Shown: positions 11,301-20,513, counted from the stretch's first letter. The stretch is 40,600 nt of DNA from a virus (IMGVR_UViG_3300032253_000233:1-40600), one strand, 5' to 3'. A program made the numbers and translations. Notes: generated by a model from the sequence alone, not told the origin.

Positions 11301-12681
11301 AAGGTATAGCCCGCATTGATACTGCAAGAGCTCTCGTAGCTACAACTAAAGATTTTTTTACAGCCACTTCAGCCGTCAGAGCAGCCGTATATCTTATCTC
11401 AGCCATAGCAGACCCTAAAGTCAATGTTTTATTAAAGGCCATTGCTGAACTAAACAACTTCATAGATATTGTTGCTCCAGCTATTCCCACTCCCAAAGAT
11501 GCCATATCCTTAGCTATATTTTCAACACCCATTGAGCGTAATGATTCACTCACAGCCAAAATAGAATCTGTAACATCTAAAATAGGATCTTTTAGGGTCT
11601 TTCCAAAATCTGAAGCCAACAAAGTAAGTGACCCACTTACTTTAGTTAATTGAGAAGATAGAGAAATAGACGCAGTCTTGTACTCATTTGATATATCAGT
11701 CCCTACCAGGTACTCATCATGTGCTGTTTTCAAATTTTTAGTTAAAATATCTGTGTTAGAAGATAGTTTTAGTAGTACATCTTTCACTTCAGTACCTGAG
11801 TACCCGAGGTCTGTCAAAAAGTTGGCAGCATCTGTCTTGCCTAGACTATTCATATGTACAAGAAGTTTCTGAAGGGCCGCAATTGGTTTATCCTGAACAG
11901 ACCTAGAAAAACTTTCAAAATCTTCATCTATTGCTTCTGCAAACTTATCCGAGTCTGAAATAAGATCAAGCATCACTTTATTGACATTCGTTCCACCGGT
12001 CTCGAAGTTGATAGCCAGATCTGTCATCGTTGCAGATAGCGCAAATATTTGATCTGTCGCAAGTCCTGCTGTCTTGGCTCCACCACTTAGGCGTTGTGAG
12101 AATTTCAACAAATCTCCAACGTTAGCATTGGTTGTGGCTGACAACTTATTGGCCACACTTGCTAAAGTTTCTACTTTTGAAATTGGCTCATTAAGAGAGT
12201 TAGAAAGTTTAGCAAATGAGGTAGCTGCTTCTTTGGAAGTAAGGTCAGTGGTGATACCTACCATCCCCATAACACGTGTGAATTCTTTAATGTCATCAAC
12301 ACTTTGTATACCTAGCTGTCCTGCAGCTTCTGCAATATCATAAAGTCCATGAATTCCAAAGCCTTCCATACTCACAGACATGGCATCAATTTCACCGGTA
12401 AGTCTTCTGAATTCTTGACCCGATAACCCTGTTGTCTTTGCAATAGCTATTTGAGCATTCTCAATGTCCATAAAGGTATTGACAACAAACTTTGCAGATT
12501 CAAGAGATGCATAAGCAGTAGCAAAACCAATAGCACTTTTTTTCATAGTGTCAAAAGATTTACTTACACCTTTTTGGGCGTTTGAAGCACTGTTTGACAA
12601 CTTGGCAAACTCTTTTTGCGTAACAATAAGTTCATTGCTATCAGAATCAACTTTTAATTTGATCTTGAGTTGTTTATCCAT
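8311..12681 (-). CDS. Tail tape measure protein (TP901 family core)
   Basis: 1456 aa, Ala-rich and helical; 'IAKTTG...IAEAAGQLGI...FTR' core. Follows the tail chaperones. Confidence 0.93.
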   Translation of the reverse strand: MDKQLKIKLKVDSDSNELIVTQKEFAKLSNSASNAQKGVSKSFDTMKKSAIGFATAYASLESAKFVVNTFMDIENAQIAIAKTTGLSGQEFRRLTGEIDAMSVSMEGFGIHGLYDIAEAAGQLGIQSVDDIKEFTRVMGMVGITTDLTSKEAATSFAKLSNSLNEPISKVETLASVANKLSATTNANVGDLLKFSQRLSGGAKTAGLATDQIFALSATMTDLAINFETGGTNVNKVMLDLISDSDKFAEAIDEDFESFSRSVQDKPIAALQKLLVHMNSLGKTDAANFLTDLGYSGTEVKDVLLKLSSNTDILTKNLKTAHDEYLVGTDISNEYKTASISLSSQLTKVSGSLTLLASDFGKTLKDPILDVTDSILAVSESLRSMGVENIAKDMASLGVGIAGATISMKLFSSAMAFNKTLTLGSAMAEIRYTAALTAEVAVKKSLVVATRALAVSMRAIPFVAVTGVLTYMASEAIGAGDSIDYLNGKFEEGSIRAKEFSRAMASVELKKINSLAQEQSDLVAKSFRAIRHGADKAQREELRATYDSLKKQLENTLEAKKELLEVIKSSSKHTGGGGSTGSKPIVSKPKAEAFDEYGIPNQAEADLQKYTDAKIAASKRANDVILANVQAQIDATHRHEEAIQAFAEKQRHVNDIVIESTGTDYDKWLNGITKTIADMTDNGASYAQSMEVFNASLASFEQTGIDAANESMMSMLDTQIDLISSTNTWQNGLTGVAKATGGVSTAFAKMSVDNLKVTKAQMKLDAQYEKDKKKYGKDTIERNKIDQKYTKDTAKIKSVSTANELDGYSQLAGSASGFFEENSDGYKTLQAIQIGLQLAIQATAFADSIAAQSAIANSEIVTVAKLKEAGGNAVNGVTNAAGGDPYTAPARVAAMIALMASAFTMFDTGGGSGGGSVSIPSASANIQAEADFGYGETLARLDRQIELLESIDNSDGTVGRLTIGREQTDLAYGLESIKADLRGILEDNADKYDMKDALNYYAGNVGLTGSVLDYLSGMAGQTNLDSFQTTLFAPDKYQFQELLSSAQDSINEFSVNTIGVIEDLKDAGKSFEDIYDSLTDSTYFETKRLLEAQIDVDKLTGSKPLSEYLFEQVVAIDNVNKMIDGDLTTLLLSQDPADMQAQIDAVTALGEATGQVYEDGVESALNYLDSISLVADSLAEQAELLKEQALTTRDYLDEFLDPSAVTNRKVDESLVILGLDSSSIATQQAWIDTLTLFNTATTALSEEQLDAVDILQGTMLDFAEVTQGYIDTLKSVVDSIRPTIDKLRGGGSIDLVTSFQDSMSETIALSRTDDYEAFSDSLSKTISATNYLYTDSNFASSFDQEFAQSVAANQFEMLEGTTLTQIDLLTMIETNTRPLLEPVGTTSPVGSGFVPNTVAQAQHSALEDVIKELKSVKEELQQLKEISATSATFEQRTARVLEDSARGTIPLTTKATA

Positions 12682-12693
12682 ATTAGACTTCTT

Positions 12694-13023
12694 TTAGTTA
12701 TCTTTTTTACTTGCATTTATCCAGATACTAGCCATGCTCAGTACCACCGGAACCCATTCTTTTTCATCAAGTTCATACCATGATAAAAAATCTTTTAAAG
12801 CTTCGTATTTTTTACCTACAGGACCATCAAATCCATACTCCCAGGGTGTCCTTAGGAAAATATGTGATAAAAGCTCAAGTTCTTCATCGTCATCCAGATA
12901 TTCGACCTCTTCTTCAAGATCATATCGATGCTTGGCGATATCTTTATTCAATGACCCCTCACCTGATCCGTTCTCTTCAGACCAGGCATAAAGACGTTCT
13001 AATCGTCTTTGTTGAGCTTTCCC
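12694..13023 (-). CDS. gpT-like extension of the chaperone, reached by -1 frameshift
   Basis: The -1 frame from G GGA AAG is open (AQQRRLERLYAWSEENGSGEGSLNKDIAK...) into ORF 12694..12951. Confidence 0.85.
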   Translation of the reverse strand, partial: GKAQQRRLERLYAWSEENGSGEGSLNKDIAKHRYDLEEEVEYLDDDEELELLSHIFLRTPWEYGFDGPVGKKYEALKDFLSWYELDEKEWVPVVLSMASIWINASKKDN

Positions 13024-13298
13024 AGCTCTTGGAGTAGGTTCATATACTCTTCATATACATTTCCTTCAGAATATAAGTAACTCATCAATGAAGATTTGTA
13101 CGGTTCTGCACCGCGCAAGTTCTCTTCCATAACCTTTGTAATAACATCAAGACGATCTTTGGCTTCACTGTCTCTAAGACGCTCACCCTGTTCAGTTGAC
13201 AAGGCAAGGAACTTAAATTCAACTTCAACATCTTTTTCATTTTCATCGATAAAGAGGTACTTTTTTGTTACGCTTTTTCGTGTAGATTTAACTTTCAT
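12999..13298 (-). CDS. Tail assembly chaperone (gpG-like)
   Basis: Between tube and tape measure; ends with 'ELGK' over a GGGAAAG site. Confidence 0.85.
   Translation of the reverse strand: MKVKSTRKSVTKKYLFIDENEKDVEVEFKFLALSTEQGERLRDSEAKDRLDVITKVMEENLRGAEPYKSSLMSYLYSEGNVYEEYMNLLQELGKLNKDD
13017..13023 (-). other. -1 programmed ribosomal frameshift site GGGAAAG
   Basis: Same heptamer and reading phase as the lambda G-T site. Confidence 0.88.
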
Positions 13299-13309
13299 GT
13301 TTTTCCTTT

Positions 13310-14218
13310 TTATGTGTAGACAAGGCTAAAGTTGTCATTACCTGCACTGCTTTCGCATAACCAGGTACGGTCATAGACGATCTTCTTATTGTCAGCACTT
13401 TCTGCAACTTCCATAGGATTACAGTATGAAGCAGTAAGGGTCAATGTCTCGCCTGCACCAATGCCAAGAACAATAATCACCTCTTTCTTCGTATTAAGCT
13501 TGAGCTCATTCCAATGGTCTGAATTCCCCTTTGTCTTGACGGCCTTCACCTTGAGCGTAGGTTTAAAACCACCAACAAAATACTCTTTTAGTCCGATAGC
13601 ATAGACCTCTTCAATCTCATTTCCAAGTGAGAAATCAAAGCTTTCAAGATTAATTGTGCTTCCACCAACCGTGATGACCTGAGCACTTTGAATAATCAGG
13701 GTAGTGTTTTGGTCCAACGTTACAGTTGGGTTTGCCTCGGCTGCTTCATCAAGTGTAGTAAATCCTTTTAAAGAAAAAGAAAGTTTGGCTTGTTCTCCGA
13801 CCTTACCTGAGATGGTCAGATCTCCTGCAATGCCTGTTACATCACGCATATATCCATCCAGATAAGCCTTAGCTGTTGCCGTTGCCTGGTTCATAGCAGG
13901 CGCATAAGTCACACTCACCCCAGCTGCAATTGTCTCAGACAATCCACAAGCCTTAAATAGTTCAGCTATCTTTGGAGCAACGCCAGCCGTGCCACTTGCA
14001 CGAGCGATGATATCGACGGGAAAATCTACCGTTGTCCAGTCTGGGATAGAAAGTGTCTTATCATTCCCTGACGCACCATTACCTTTGTCTTTATAGTCAG
14101 CAGACTTCGTCTTTGGGTTGATAATAATGTCATTATTTGTTGTAATAACGTCACCTGCAGTAGGAACCCCTCCCGTGCTGAACAAGAGTGTATTTTTATC
14201 GCTTAACTGTCGTGCCAT
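13310..14218 (-). CDS. Major tail tube protein
   Basis: 302 aa; 'G.AP....L.KACG..ET....SVTY.P'. GGAGG RBS; position before the chaperones. Confidence 0.85.
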   Translation of the reverse strand: MARQLSDKNTLLFSTGGVPTAGDVITTNNDIIINPKTKSADYKDKGNGASGNDKTLSIPDWTTVDFPVDIIARASGTAGVAPKIAELFKACGLSETIAAGVSVTYAPAMNQATATAKAYLDGYMRDVTGIAGDLTISGKVGEQAKLSFSLKGFTTLDEAAEANPTVTLDQNTTLIIQSAQVITVGGSTINLESFDFSLGNEIEEVYAIGLKEYFVGGFKPTLKVKAVKTKGNSDHWNELKLNTKKEVIIVLGIGAGETLTLTASYCNPMEVAESADNKKIVYDRTWLCESSAGNDNFSLVYT

Positions 14219-14351
14219 CTTTCACCTCCGTGATGTATCCGGCCTTTAACAAAGCCTCAATTTCTTCCGTTTTCTTACTTTCAAACGTACCTTTTACAAT
14301 TTCCCCCGCCACTTTAATCGTGGCGTTTTTACGAACAATCACAAACTTCAT
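14196..14351 (-). CDS. Small hypothetical protein (51 aa, MKFVIVRK...), not in the ORF track
   Basis: AAAGG RBS; fills the gap between 14354 and the tube gene. Confidence 0.6.
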   Translation of the reverse strand: MKFVIVRKNATIKVAGEIVKGTFESKKTEEIEALLKAGYITEVKDGTTVKR

Positions 14352-14353
14352 AT

Positions 14354-14644
14354 TTAACCTTTCAAATAACGAATTTCAGACTCAAAGACGATCACTTCAA
14401 AATCCAGTTCTTTTATGTCCTTCTGCGTCTCAACAAAAAGGATCTTCTCATCATTGGTTATCTGATAATCGACAACATCTTCTATCAAAGCCGGCGTAAC
14501 TGACTTGTCTTTACACAATGCGACCATAGTCACCACAGAGGTGCTTATATCTTTTGCCTTACGTGATACGATTTCAAGTTGATAGCCTTGGATATGTTGA
14601 TCCAGTAGACCTTTAACAACTGTTTTGAACTGATCTTCTGTCAT
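14354..14644 (-). CDS. Putative tail completion/terminator protein
   Basis: Position in the neck module only. Confidence 0.5.
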   Translation of the reverse strand: MTEDQFKTVVKGLLDQHIQGYQLEIVSRKAKDISTSVVTMVALCKDKSVTPALIEDVVDYQITNDEKILFVETQKDIKELDFEVIVFESEIRYLKG

Positions 14645-14926
14645 CTACTTTTCTCCTAAGATCAAGATAGTCTCAAGCCCATCATTTTGATGCTCAAAAT
14701 TAACGACCTTGTAGTCCTTTCCCAAGATCACAAAAGTATCACCTGTTGCCAGTGATACAACATCACTGCTCTGACAGGTGTAACTCTTAGTATCTATAGA
14801 CTCGATTTCGATATCATCAATTTTGTTGATAGCAATATCAATCCCGTTGTAAAGAGCCGTATCAGAAAACTCAGATATGTTATAAAACACATCCATGTCT
14901 GCATTTAATTGCTCTTTAAAATTCAT
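14645..14926 (-). CDS. Head-tail joining protein (gpFII-like)
   Basis: 'FKEQL..D..VF.N..EF' and 'GDT..I.G..Y.V' patterns. Confidence 0.75.
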   Translation of the reverse strand: MNFKEQLNADMDVFYNISEFSDTALYNGIDIAINKIDDIEIESIDTKSYTCQSSDVVSLATGDTFVILGKDYKVVNFEHQNDGLETILILGEK

Positions 14927-15225
14927 TAGTTACCCTTAATCCCTAAGTAATATGCTTTTAATGCAACAATGTAATCCTCATGAGATTTACCTTCCGCATT
15001 AATATTTAGCTTGGACACAAGAATTTGTGCGTTCTTATAGGACAAAGCAGATATCTCTTCATCACCTAGGCGATTTACACTTTTACTTTCAAATTGTTGA
15101 AGGGTTGATCTTCTGTGTCCATTCAAGACAAGACGATCGCCAAGATCATTACCGACTTCAATGATGTCTCCATCTTGATACTTTTTGCCACGGTATGTCT
15201 CATCACCTGTCAGTTCAATAAACAT
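14926..15225 (-). CDS. Hypothetical head-associated protein
   Basis: 'G..Y..GD.IEV....G..LV..G' pattern common after capsid genes. Confidence 0.55.
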   Translation of the reverse strand: MFIELTGDETYRGKKYQDGDIIEVGNDLGDRLVLNGHRRSTLQQFESKSVNRLGDEEISALSYKNAQILVSKLNINAEGKSHEDYIVALKAYYLGIKGN

Positions 15226-15234
15226 AATGTACCC

Positions 15235-15573
15235 TTACGCTGCATTTATTTTTACAAGAACTGAACCTGCAGTAGCAGCTGTCTTAGCACTGACTGCACG
15301 TCCTGCACGTGTGTTGCTAGTAGCAGTCGTAGTCACTTCACGAGATGTTTCGTTAAAGTAAAGTAGTGCCCCTTCAGTAACAGCATCTGCAGTGGTGGCA
15401 GCTATCTCATAAACACTCTCTATTTCAAGAACAATCATTTCACCAGCAAGCCCAGATGTAGATGCAATACCAATCATGCCAGTACCTAATGGAACAACGT
15501 CTCCAACATCAACCGCACCGGCTAAGATGTGATCGATTCTTTTTCCTTCTTGAACGCGAGTTGCTTCTTTCAT
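15235..15573 (-). CDS. DUF2190 family capsid cement/decoration protein
   Basis: 'VQEG..ID', 'V..GDVV..G...GIA', 'AG.AV', 'V.VKIN'. Follows the capsid gene. Confidence 0.88.
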   Translation of the reverse strand: MKEATRVQEGKRIDHILAGAVDVGDVVPLGTGMIGIASTSGLAGEMIVLEIESVYEIAATTADAVTEGALLYFNETSREVTTTATSNTRAGRAVSAKTAATAGSVLVKINAA

Positions 15574-15597
15574 ATTTCTTTCCTTTTAATTACCGGC

Positions 15598-17538
15598 TTA
15601 GACGCCAGCGTTTTTATAAAGACCACGATAGTCTTCTGCATAGACACCGAAGTCAAACACACACTCAAACGTTACACCCGACAAGTCACGATCCGATTCG
15701 CGCACGATAGGTCGCTTATTGGTACCTTGTAGATAAAGAACCTTTATCGTACGACGTGATGCAGCCAAGTACCAAGGAGATGCATCAAGCTCAGAATCTA
15801 CAATCACATCTAACGTATTGCGGTGAACATTTGTCACTCCACTATTGCTTCCATCAGGATTAGACTCGGAGTTAAGTAATTGCAATGCTGTCGACTCATT
15901 TTCAGGAGACACCAACATGAATTTTGGCGCAATATTTAGTTTTACCTCACCCTCTTTTTGGCGACGCATTTTTGTACGTGCTGACGTCAATGTAGATGTG
16001 CTAATAGCGGCACCTGTGGTGTCAATATTTTTATGCGCGGTTGCATCAAATATTTTTTGTCCATCTGCCATAACATAAGAGGAAAAATCACCTTTTTCTT
16101 GAAGTAAATCATAAACAATACCGTTTGCAGAACGTCTAGCCATATCACCAAACTCTTCAAAAAATTTCTGAAAAGCGCCTAGATCATCATTAATAAGCAT
16201 TTGTCTTGTAACGCGAAGTTTTGCGCCATAAGTCTCAAGCTTAAATGTCTCACCATTTTCGCCAAATTCAATGTTTTTAAGCTCACCGTTTTCAGCTACT
16301 TTCTTTAGGCGTCCACCTGATTTCATATGCGCTGCAACACCTTGTTTAAAGTCAGCTACTTCAATGGCTTGTGTCCAGATATGAAAAGTAGCTTCAGCTT
16401 CTTCAAAAGCATTATCAAGCATCTTGTTCGCTACGTTACTTAAAAGTACAGGAAAATCTGACGTTCCCATAGCACGAGCGATAAGTTCTTCTTTATCAAA
16501 ACCGTCATAGCCAGTAACTGCACGAGCAATCTCAAGCATTGATGCCCCAACAAATTTTCGTGCTGCAGGATCTTCATTCTCTACCTTTCCACCAAAACGC
16601 ATGATAAGCCCCTGAGCAATAGCGCGAGATATATTCTCTCTCTCATTATTATCTGACCCACGTTGAAAATTAATGTCAGTATTGTCATTAATTCGTTTTG
16701 CCAATAATGCACGGGCAAAGTCATCTGGTGTTTTTTCTTTATCTTCCAGGAATCTTTTAACCTCAGAATCGTCCGTGATATCTTTATGTTGTGCTGCAAT
16801 AGCATTAATACCGGCAACACGCTTAAGCTCTACATTCTCATCTTCAATAGACTTTCTATCAGTAGATACGCGTAATATCTCAGCATCAATATCTGCTAAC
16901 TTTCGTGTGATCTGATCTTCCGTACCGCTACCTGATTTCAATACATCTAACTGACGACGCAGTTCTTCCAATTTATCCATGATATTTCCTTCATTGTTAT
17001 CTTCACTTCTACCGATTCCTGCACTAGGATCAGCACCTATGTCCACAAGGGACGCCTCTTGAAATTCCCAACGTGTAACCTCGACAAGTGGCACATCCCC
17101 ATCACGTTCAGTCAAACGAACTTCAAGTTTTTTGCCTCCCACTGAGATTTCAGTCAGGGTTTCTTCCTGAACCATCCTCCAAAACATTTCTGCATCTGGG
17201 TTAGCCTCAGAAAAGAATGCAGTAGCTCTAAGCTCAGTACCATCCAAGTGTACATTTTCTAAACGACCTATTGGAAGTTCGCCATATTTACCCGAACCAT
17301 GCATCCAGCGAAGTTTCCCTGTTGCAGCACGCGTAAGATCCACATTTTCTTCACCATGCAAAAGAACTTCATCATATTGTTCACCACTCCAATAATCAGT
17401 TCTACGCAGTGGTATTTCTGTAGATATTAATATGTCTACACTTCGTAATTCTTTGTTGATCGAGCCAGGTGCAATCAAAGCACGGGCAAATTCATTTTGC
17501 TCAAGTAATTTGCTTTCATTAAGCTTTTTTCTAGACAT
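15598..17538 (-). CDS. Prohead protease-scaffold-major capsid fusion protein
   Basis: N-terminal 'EVL.H', 'ISVG', 'EASLV.IGAD..A'; central coil; capsid motifs 'TSDFP.LL', 'TYG....TRQ.LINDDL', 'DFG....DYRG.YKN.G'. Confidence 0.93.
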   Translation of the reverse strand: MSRKKLNESKLLEQNEFARALIAPGSINKELRSVDILISTEIPLRRTDYWSGEQYDEVLLHGEENVDLTRAATGKLRWMHGSGKYGELPIGRLENVHLDGTELRATAFFSEANPDAEMFWRMVQEETLTEISVGGKKLEVRLTERDGDVPLVEVTRWEFQEASLVDIGADPSAGIGRSEDNNEGNIMDKLEELRRQLDVLKSGSGTEDQITRKLADIDAEILRVSTDRKSIEDENVELKRVAGINAIAAQHKDITDDSEVKRFLEDKEKTPDDFARALLAKRINDNTDINFQRGSDNNERENISRAIAQGLIMRFGGKVENEDPAARKFVGASMLEIARAVTGYDGFDKEELIARAMGTSDFPVLLSNVANKMLDNAFEEAEATFHIWTQAIEVADFKQGVAAHMKSGGRLKKVAENGELKNIEFGENGETFKLETYGAKLRVTRQMLINDDLGAFQKFFEEFGDMARRSANGIVYDLLQEKGDFSSYVMADGQKIFDATAHKNIDTTGAAISTSTLTSARTKMRRQKEGEVKLNIAPKFMLVSPENESTALQLLNSESNPDGSNSGVTNVHRNTLDVIVDSELDASPWYLAASRRTIKVLYLQGTNKRPIVRESDRDLSGVTFECVFDFGVYAEDYRGLYKNAGV

Positions 17539-18898
17539 TACTATCCTCCTTGTCCAAGATTCCTGCGTCTTTCATCATCTCTTTTTCCTTTTGTCTTTGA
17601 GTTATAATTTCTTCAAGGTCTTTTCCCTTTGAGGCAGCGAATTCATCAAGCGTAGCTGTTCCAAGTTCATATTCTTCTTTGAATGCTTTGATATCTTTAA
17701 GTGGATCTACCCACTCACGAGCTGGCGCGATCCATCGAGGTTGACAAAATTTTGTTTTATCTGAAAAATAAGAACTCGCGGAAAGCCCCTTTATGTTCCC
17801 AGCAATAACATTGTTGTCCAACCACTCTTCAAATAATGGGTTTAAAACATAAGTAGTAAAATGCCATTGTTCATGAGAAAATGTTTTATGATCTTGTATA
17901 AGCGAAGCTCTAGCAGATGAAAAGTTAGTCTGTGTATAATCTCTAAAAGCAAGTTCATAGCTGATCTTACGACCTGTTGCTATCATGCGTACACATGAAC
18001 GCACAAACTCTCCATATTCAGTACCGCTAATAGTAGGGTCAAATTGATGTATCTTTTCACCCTCATTAAGATAGTGGACCATAACACCGTTAATATCAAA
18101 AATAGGATCAGCTACTTCATCTTTATTCAATGCACCTATGCGACCAGCGACATTTGAAGACTCTATCGCATAAGCTATTCCGGATCTTGATCGAAGGGCC
18201 TGAATCGTTGCAGATTGGTACCCTGCAAAGTTACGAAGGTCTATAATAATCTGCTTGTATTCGCTAACACCTCTGTACTGCGTGGCACGATTATTAATCT
18301 TGAAATAGTGAATAATGTCTTTAGCATCTATTTTTTGACTTCGAGATAAACCTGCATTTAATACATACTTTTGAGGAGCACCATTAATATCAACCTCAAT
18401 ACCATCAACCATAGTAGTATCACCAAGCTGATATGATGTGTCGAATCTGTCAGCCTCTATAAGCTGTATTTTTAGAGGATGTTTTTTATCAGAAGTTAGT
18501 TTTTTATATATTAAGATCTCGCCATCCATCATTCTCTGCCCTGGAATAGTAGAATGCATCTCGTAAAAGTGTTGACGGCCTGTAATATCACAGTTTTTAG
18601 GCTTAATCCATTCATTAAAATGTCGTTCTATTTCTTTGTCAATTTGTTCAAGTCCTGTTTTTGACTGGAATTTCATGCCATTAGCAAAAGAGTTTACTTT
18701 AATAGAGTGATCTATCCCAGAGACAATGCCGTTATTTTCATGTAACCATCTGGCACGCGCACGCATAACATCTCTGTCCGGAGAGGCAGTATTTTCAAAA
18801 GGTGAATTAGCATTTTTAAAATCTTGATTTGCACCTCGAAGTTTTCCTCCCTCGTAAAACCCTCTTTTAATATCTAACATATCTCTAAGTAAACTCAT
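17531..18898 (-). CDS. Portal protein, lambda family
   Basis: 'MRARAR.L..NN', 'DGE', 'QYRG.S', 'D....NFSSARASL', 'WVDPLKD'. Confidence 0.95.
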   Translation of the reverse strand: MSLLRDMLDIKRGFYEGGKLRGANQDFKNANSPFENTASPDRDVMRARARWLHENNGIVSGIDHSIKVNSFANGMKFQSKTGLEQIDKEIERHFNEWIKPKNCDITGRQHFYEMHSTIPGQRMMDGEILIYKKLTSDKKHPLKIQLIEADRFDTSYQLGDTTMVDGIEVDINGAPQKYVLNAGLSRSQKIDAKDIIHYFKINNRATQYRGVSEYKQIIIDLRNFAGYQSATIQALRSRSGIAYAIESSNVAGRIGALNKDEVADPIFDINGVMVHYLNEGEKIHQFDPTISGTEYGEFVRSCVRMIATGRKISYELAFRDYTQTNFSSARASLIQDHKTFSHEQWHFTTYVLNPLFEEWLDNNVIAGNIKGLSASSYFSDKTKFCQPRWIAPAREWVDPLKDIKAFKEEYELGTATLDEFAASKGKDLEEIITQRQKEKEMMKDAGILDKEDSNV

Positions 18899-19101
18899 TT
18901 TCTGAGTCCTTTAATAGCAGCAATATATTGAGATAAAAGGATAAGAGCTAAAAACAGCACAGATACGATGATACGCGTAATCATAGACCAAGTGCTCACA
19001 TCGAAGGACAAGTGTACAAAAGCACCAAACAAAAATAGCAGTAGTGCCAATACAGATAGTTCTGCAATATAAAATGATTTAATTAAACTGTACAGGCGCA
19101 T
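18895..19101 (-). CDS. Small two-helix membrane protein
   Basis: Two hydrophobic stretches; ATGA overlap with the portal start. Confidence 0.45.
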   Translation of the reverse strand: MRLYSLIKSFYIAELSVLALLLFLFGAFVHLSFDVSTWSMITRIIVSVLFLALILLSQYIAAIKGLRK

Positions 19102-19309
19102 ACATTTTCATTGGTTTTTGATTTTGTCCGGGGATATAGCTACTTCCGAGAATATCAATCTTAGAAATAAGATTGTTCTCTCGGTTATATAAATCTTTTA
19201 GGTTTGCACGAGTAAGTTCTTTCCCGTCAATCTTATAGCTTTGTGATGTTTCGACTGCTTCAATAGCAGTTTGTACAGCTTCAAGTTGTTGACCTAATGT
19301 CTTTACCAT
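19079..19309 (-). CDS. Head completion protein (gpW-like)
   Basis: 'QSY.IDG..LTRANL..L..RE'. ATG at 19309 has an AAGGAAGG RBS. Confidence 0.8.
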   Translation of the reverse strand: MVKTLGQQLEAVQTAIEAVETSQSYKIDGKELTRANLKDLYNRENNLISKIDILGSSYIPGQNQKPMKMYAPVQFN

Positions 19310-19562
19310 AACCTTCCTTTTCAAAGTAATGACAACAGTTTCACAGAATCTAAAAAAAAAGTTTAGGCCAAAAAAATCAGGCATGTCTTTTTTTTTGTTT
19401 TTCTGCTAGTAACGTAAAAGTTCGTAATATAGGAGGTTAAAAGTTCGGTTTATTTAACATTTGGAAAAAAATGTATAAAAATGTAAGAAAAAGTTTGCAA
19501 AAAGTTTGCAAATTTGTGGGAATTTCCCTCAAAAAGAGGGAATTTGAAGGTAGATTTAGATT

Positions 19563-19973
19563 TTAAAGAGTGGAAATGTTGTGAGAATGCAAGTCATTTA
19601 TGACCAAATTTTGAAGATATGCACTTCGATTACCGTTGAATTCAACTAATCTTTCAGGGAGTACTTCTAAAATATCCGTTCTCATCATGACATTGATTCT
19701 TTTTAACTTCTCAACTTTCACATTGATAAGCTGCGGCATCGCACCGGTTTCAATTTCAGTGTCACCTTCCATTAATTCTTCTAAATTTAATGCTTTTGGT
19801 AATGCTTTTAAATCTTCACAATAAAGTTCACTTGCTTCAATAATATTATGAACAGCTTCTTTAAATGTACTACCGTAGCTTGACACAAAGTTAAGATCAG
19901 GCACGACAGCGACATAATCATCACCTTCTTTATGGATGAATGCTATATATTCCATAGTTTTATTTCCTTTCAT
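19563..19973 (-). CDS. hicB: HicB family antitoxin
   Basis: 'Y.A.VPDL....S.G.T..EA..N..EA..LY' plus C-terminal RHH 'RINV...NRSAYL'. Confidence 0.93.
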   Translation of the reverse strand: MKGNKTMEYIAFIHKEGDDYVAVVPDLNFVSSYGSTFKEAVHNIIEASELYCEDLKALPKALNLEELMEGDTEIETGAMPQLINVKVEKLKRINVMMRTDILEVLPERLVEFNGNRSAYLQNLVINDLHSHNISTL

Positions 19974-19989
19974 TCATTGTAGCTAGAGA

Positions 19990-20175
19990 CTAGCGGAGTT
20001 CAATTCCGCTTTGCTTCTCTATGCTCTTGAGTGTTCCTATCGGGATATCTTTTTTCCCGTGGTCAGGAACGATAACCACCATCTCACCTTTTATGAGCTT
20101 CTTATGTGACCCTTTTTGGGACTTAAGCTCAAAACCGTTGCTCTTTAAAATCTTTAGGACTTCTTTGGCGTCCAT
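19990..20175 (-). CDS. hicA: HicA family toxin (mRNA interferase)
   Basis: 'L..NGF...SQKGSH', 'VP.H..KDIPIGTL.SI.KQSG'. Confidence 0.95.
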   Translation of the reverse strand: MDAKEVLKILKSNGFELKSQKGSHKKLIKGEMVVIVPDHGKKDIPIGTLKSIEKQSGIELR

Positions 20176-20190
20176 CTATCTACCTCCTTT

Positions 20191-20250
20191 TATATACACA
20201 TTATACACACTATAACCTTAAATACACTTAATGTGTATAGTGTGTATTAA
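20191..20250 (-). promoter_or_regulatory. hicAB promoter and inverted-repeat operator
   Basis: TATAAT at 20200-20205 (minus). Perfect inverted pairs TATACACATTA 20193-20203/20229-20239 and ATACACACTATA 20203-20214/20236-20247. Confidence 0.75.
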
Positions 20251-20292
20251 TTCAAGATTTATATACATTTAATAACTGCTACGGTAAAAATA

Positions 20293-20496
20293 TTAGGCAT
20301 TAGATCTAATATCAGGATAAATTTTTTCTAGCTCGGTCAAGCTTTCTTCCCATATCCCATCCCATATAATTTTTTCTATGGCCTGCCCTATGTTTTTTAT
20401 TGAGTATTTATGCATTACGTGATTGATGACTCTTTCGGTTCTGCGCTCAACTGATGGCTTTGTTTTTAGATTTTCTCTTCCGTCCCAATATTCCAT
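20293..20496 (-). CDS. Hypothetical protein
   Basis: GGAGG RBS; follows terL. Confidence 0.6.
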   Translation of the reverse strand: MEYWDGRENLKTKPSVERRTERVINHVMHKYSIKNIGQAIEKIIWDGIWEESLTELEKIYPDIRSNA

Positions 20497-20513
20497 ATTT
20501 CTATACCTCCAGC

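Noticed and set aside
19521-19545. Hairpin as intrinsic terminator of hicAB
   Set aside because: No U-tract follows it on the minus strand.
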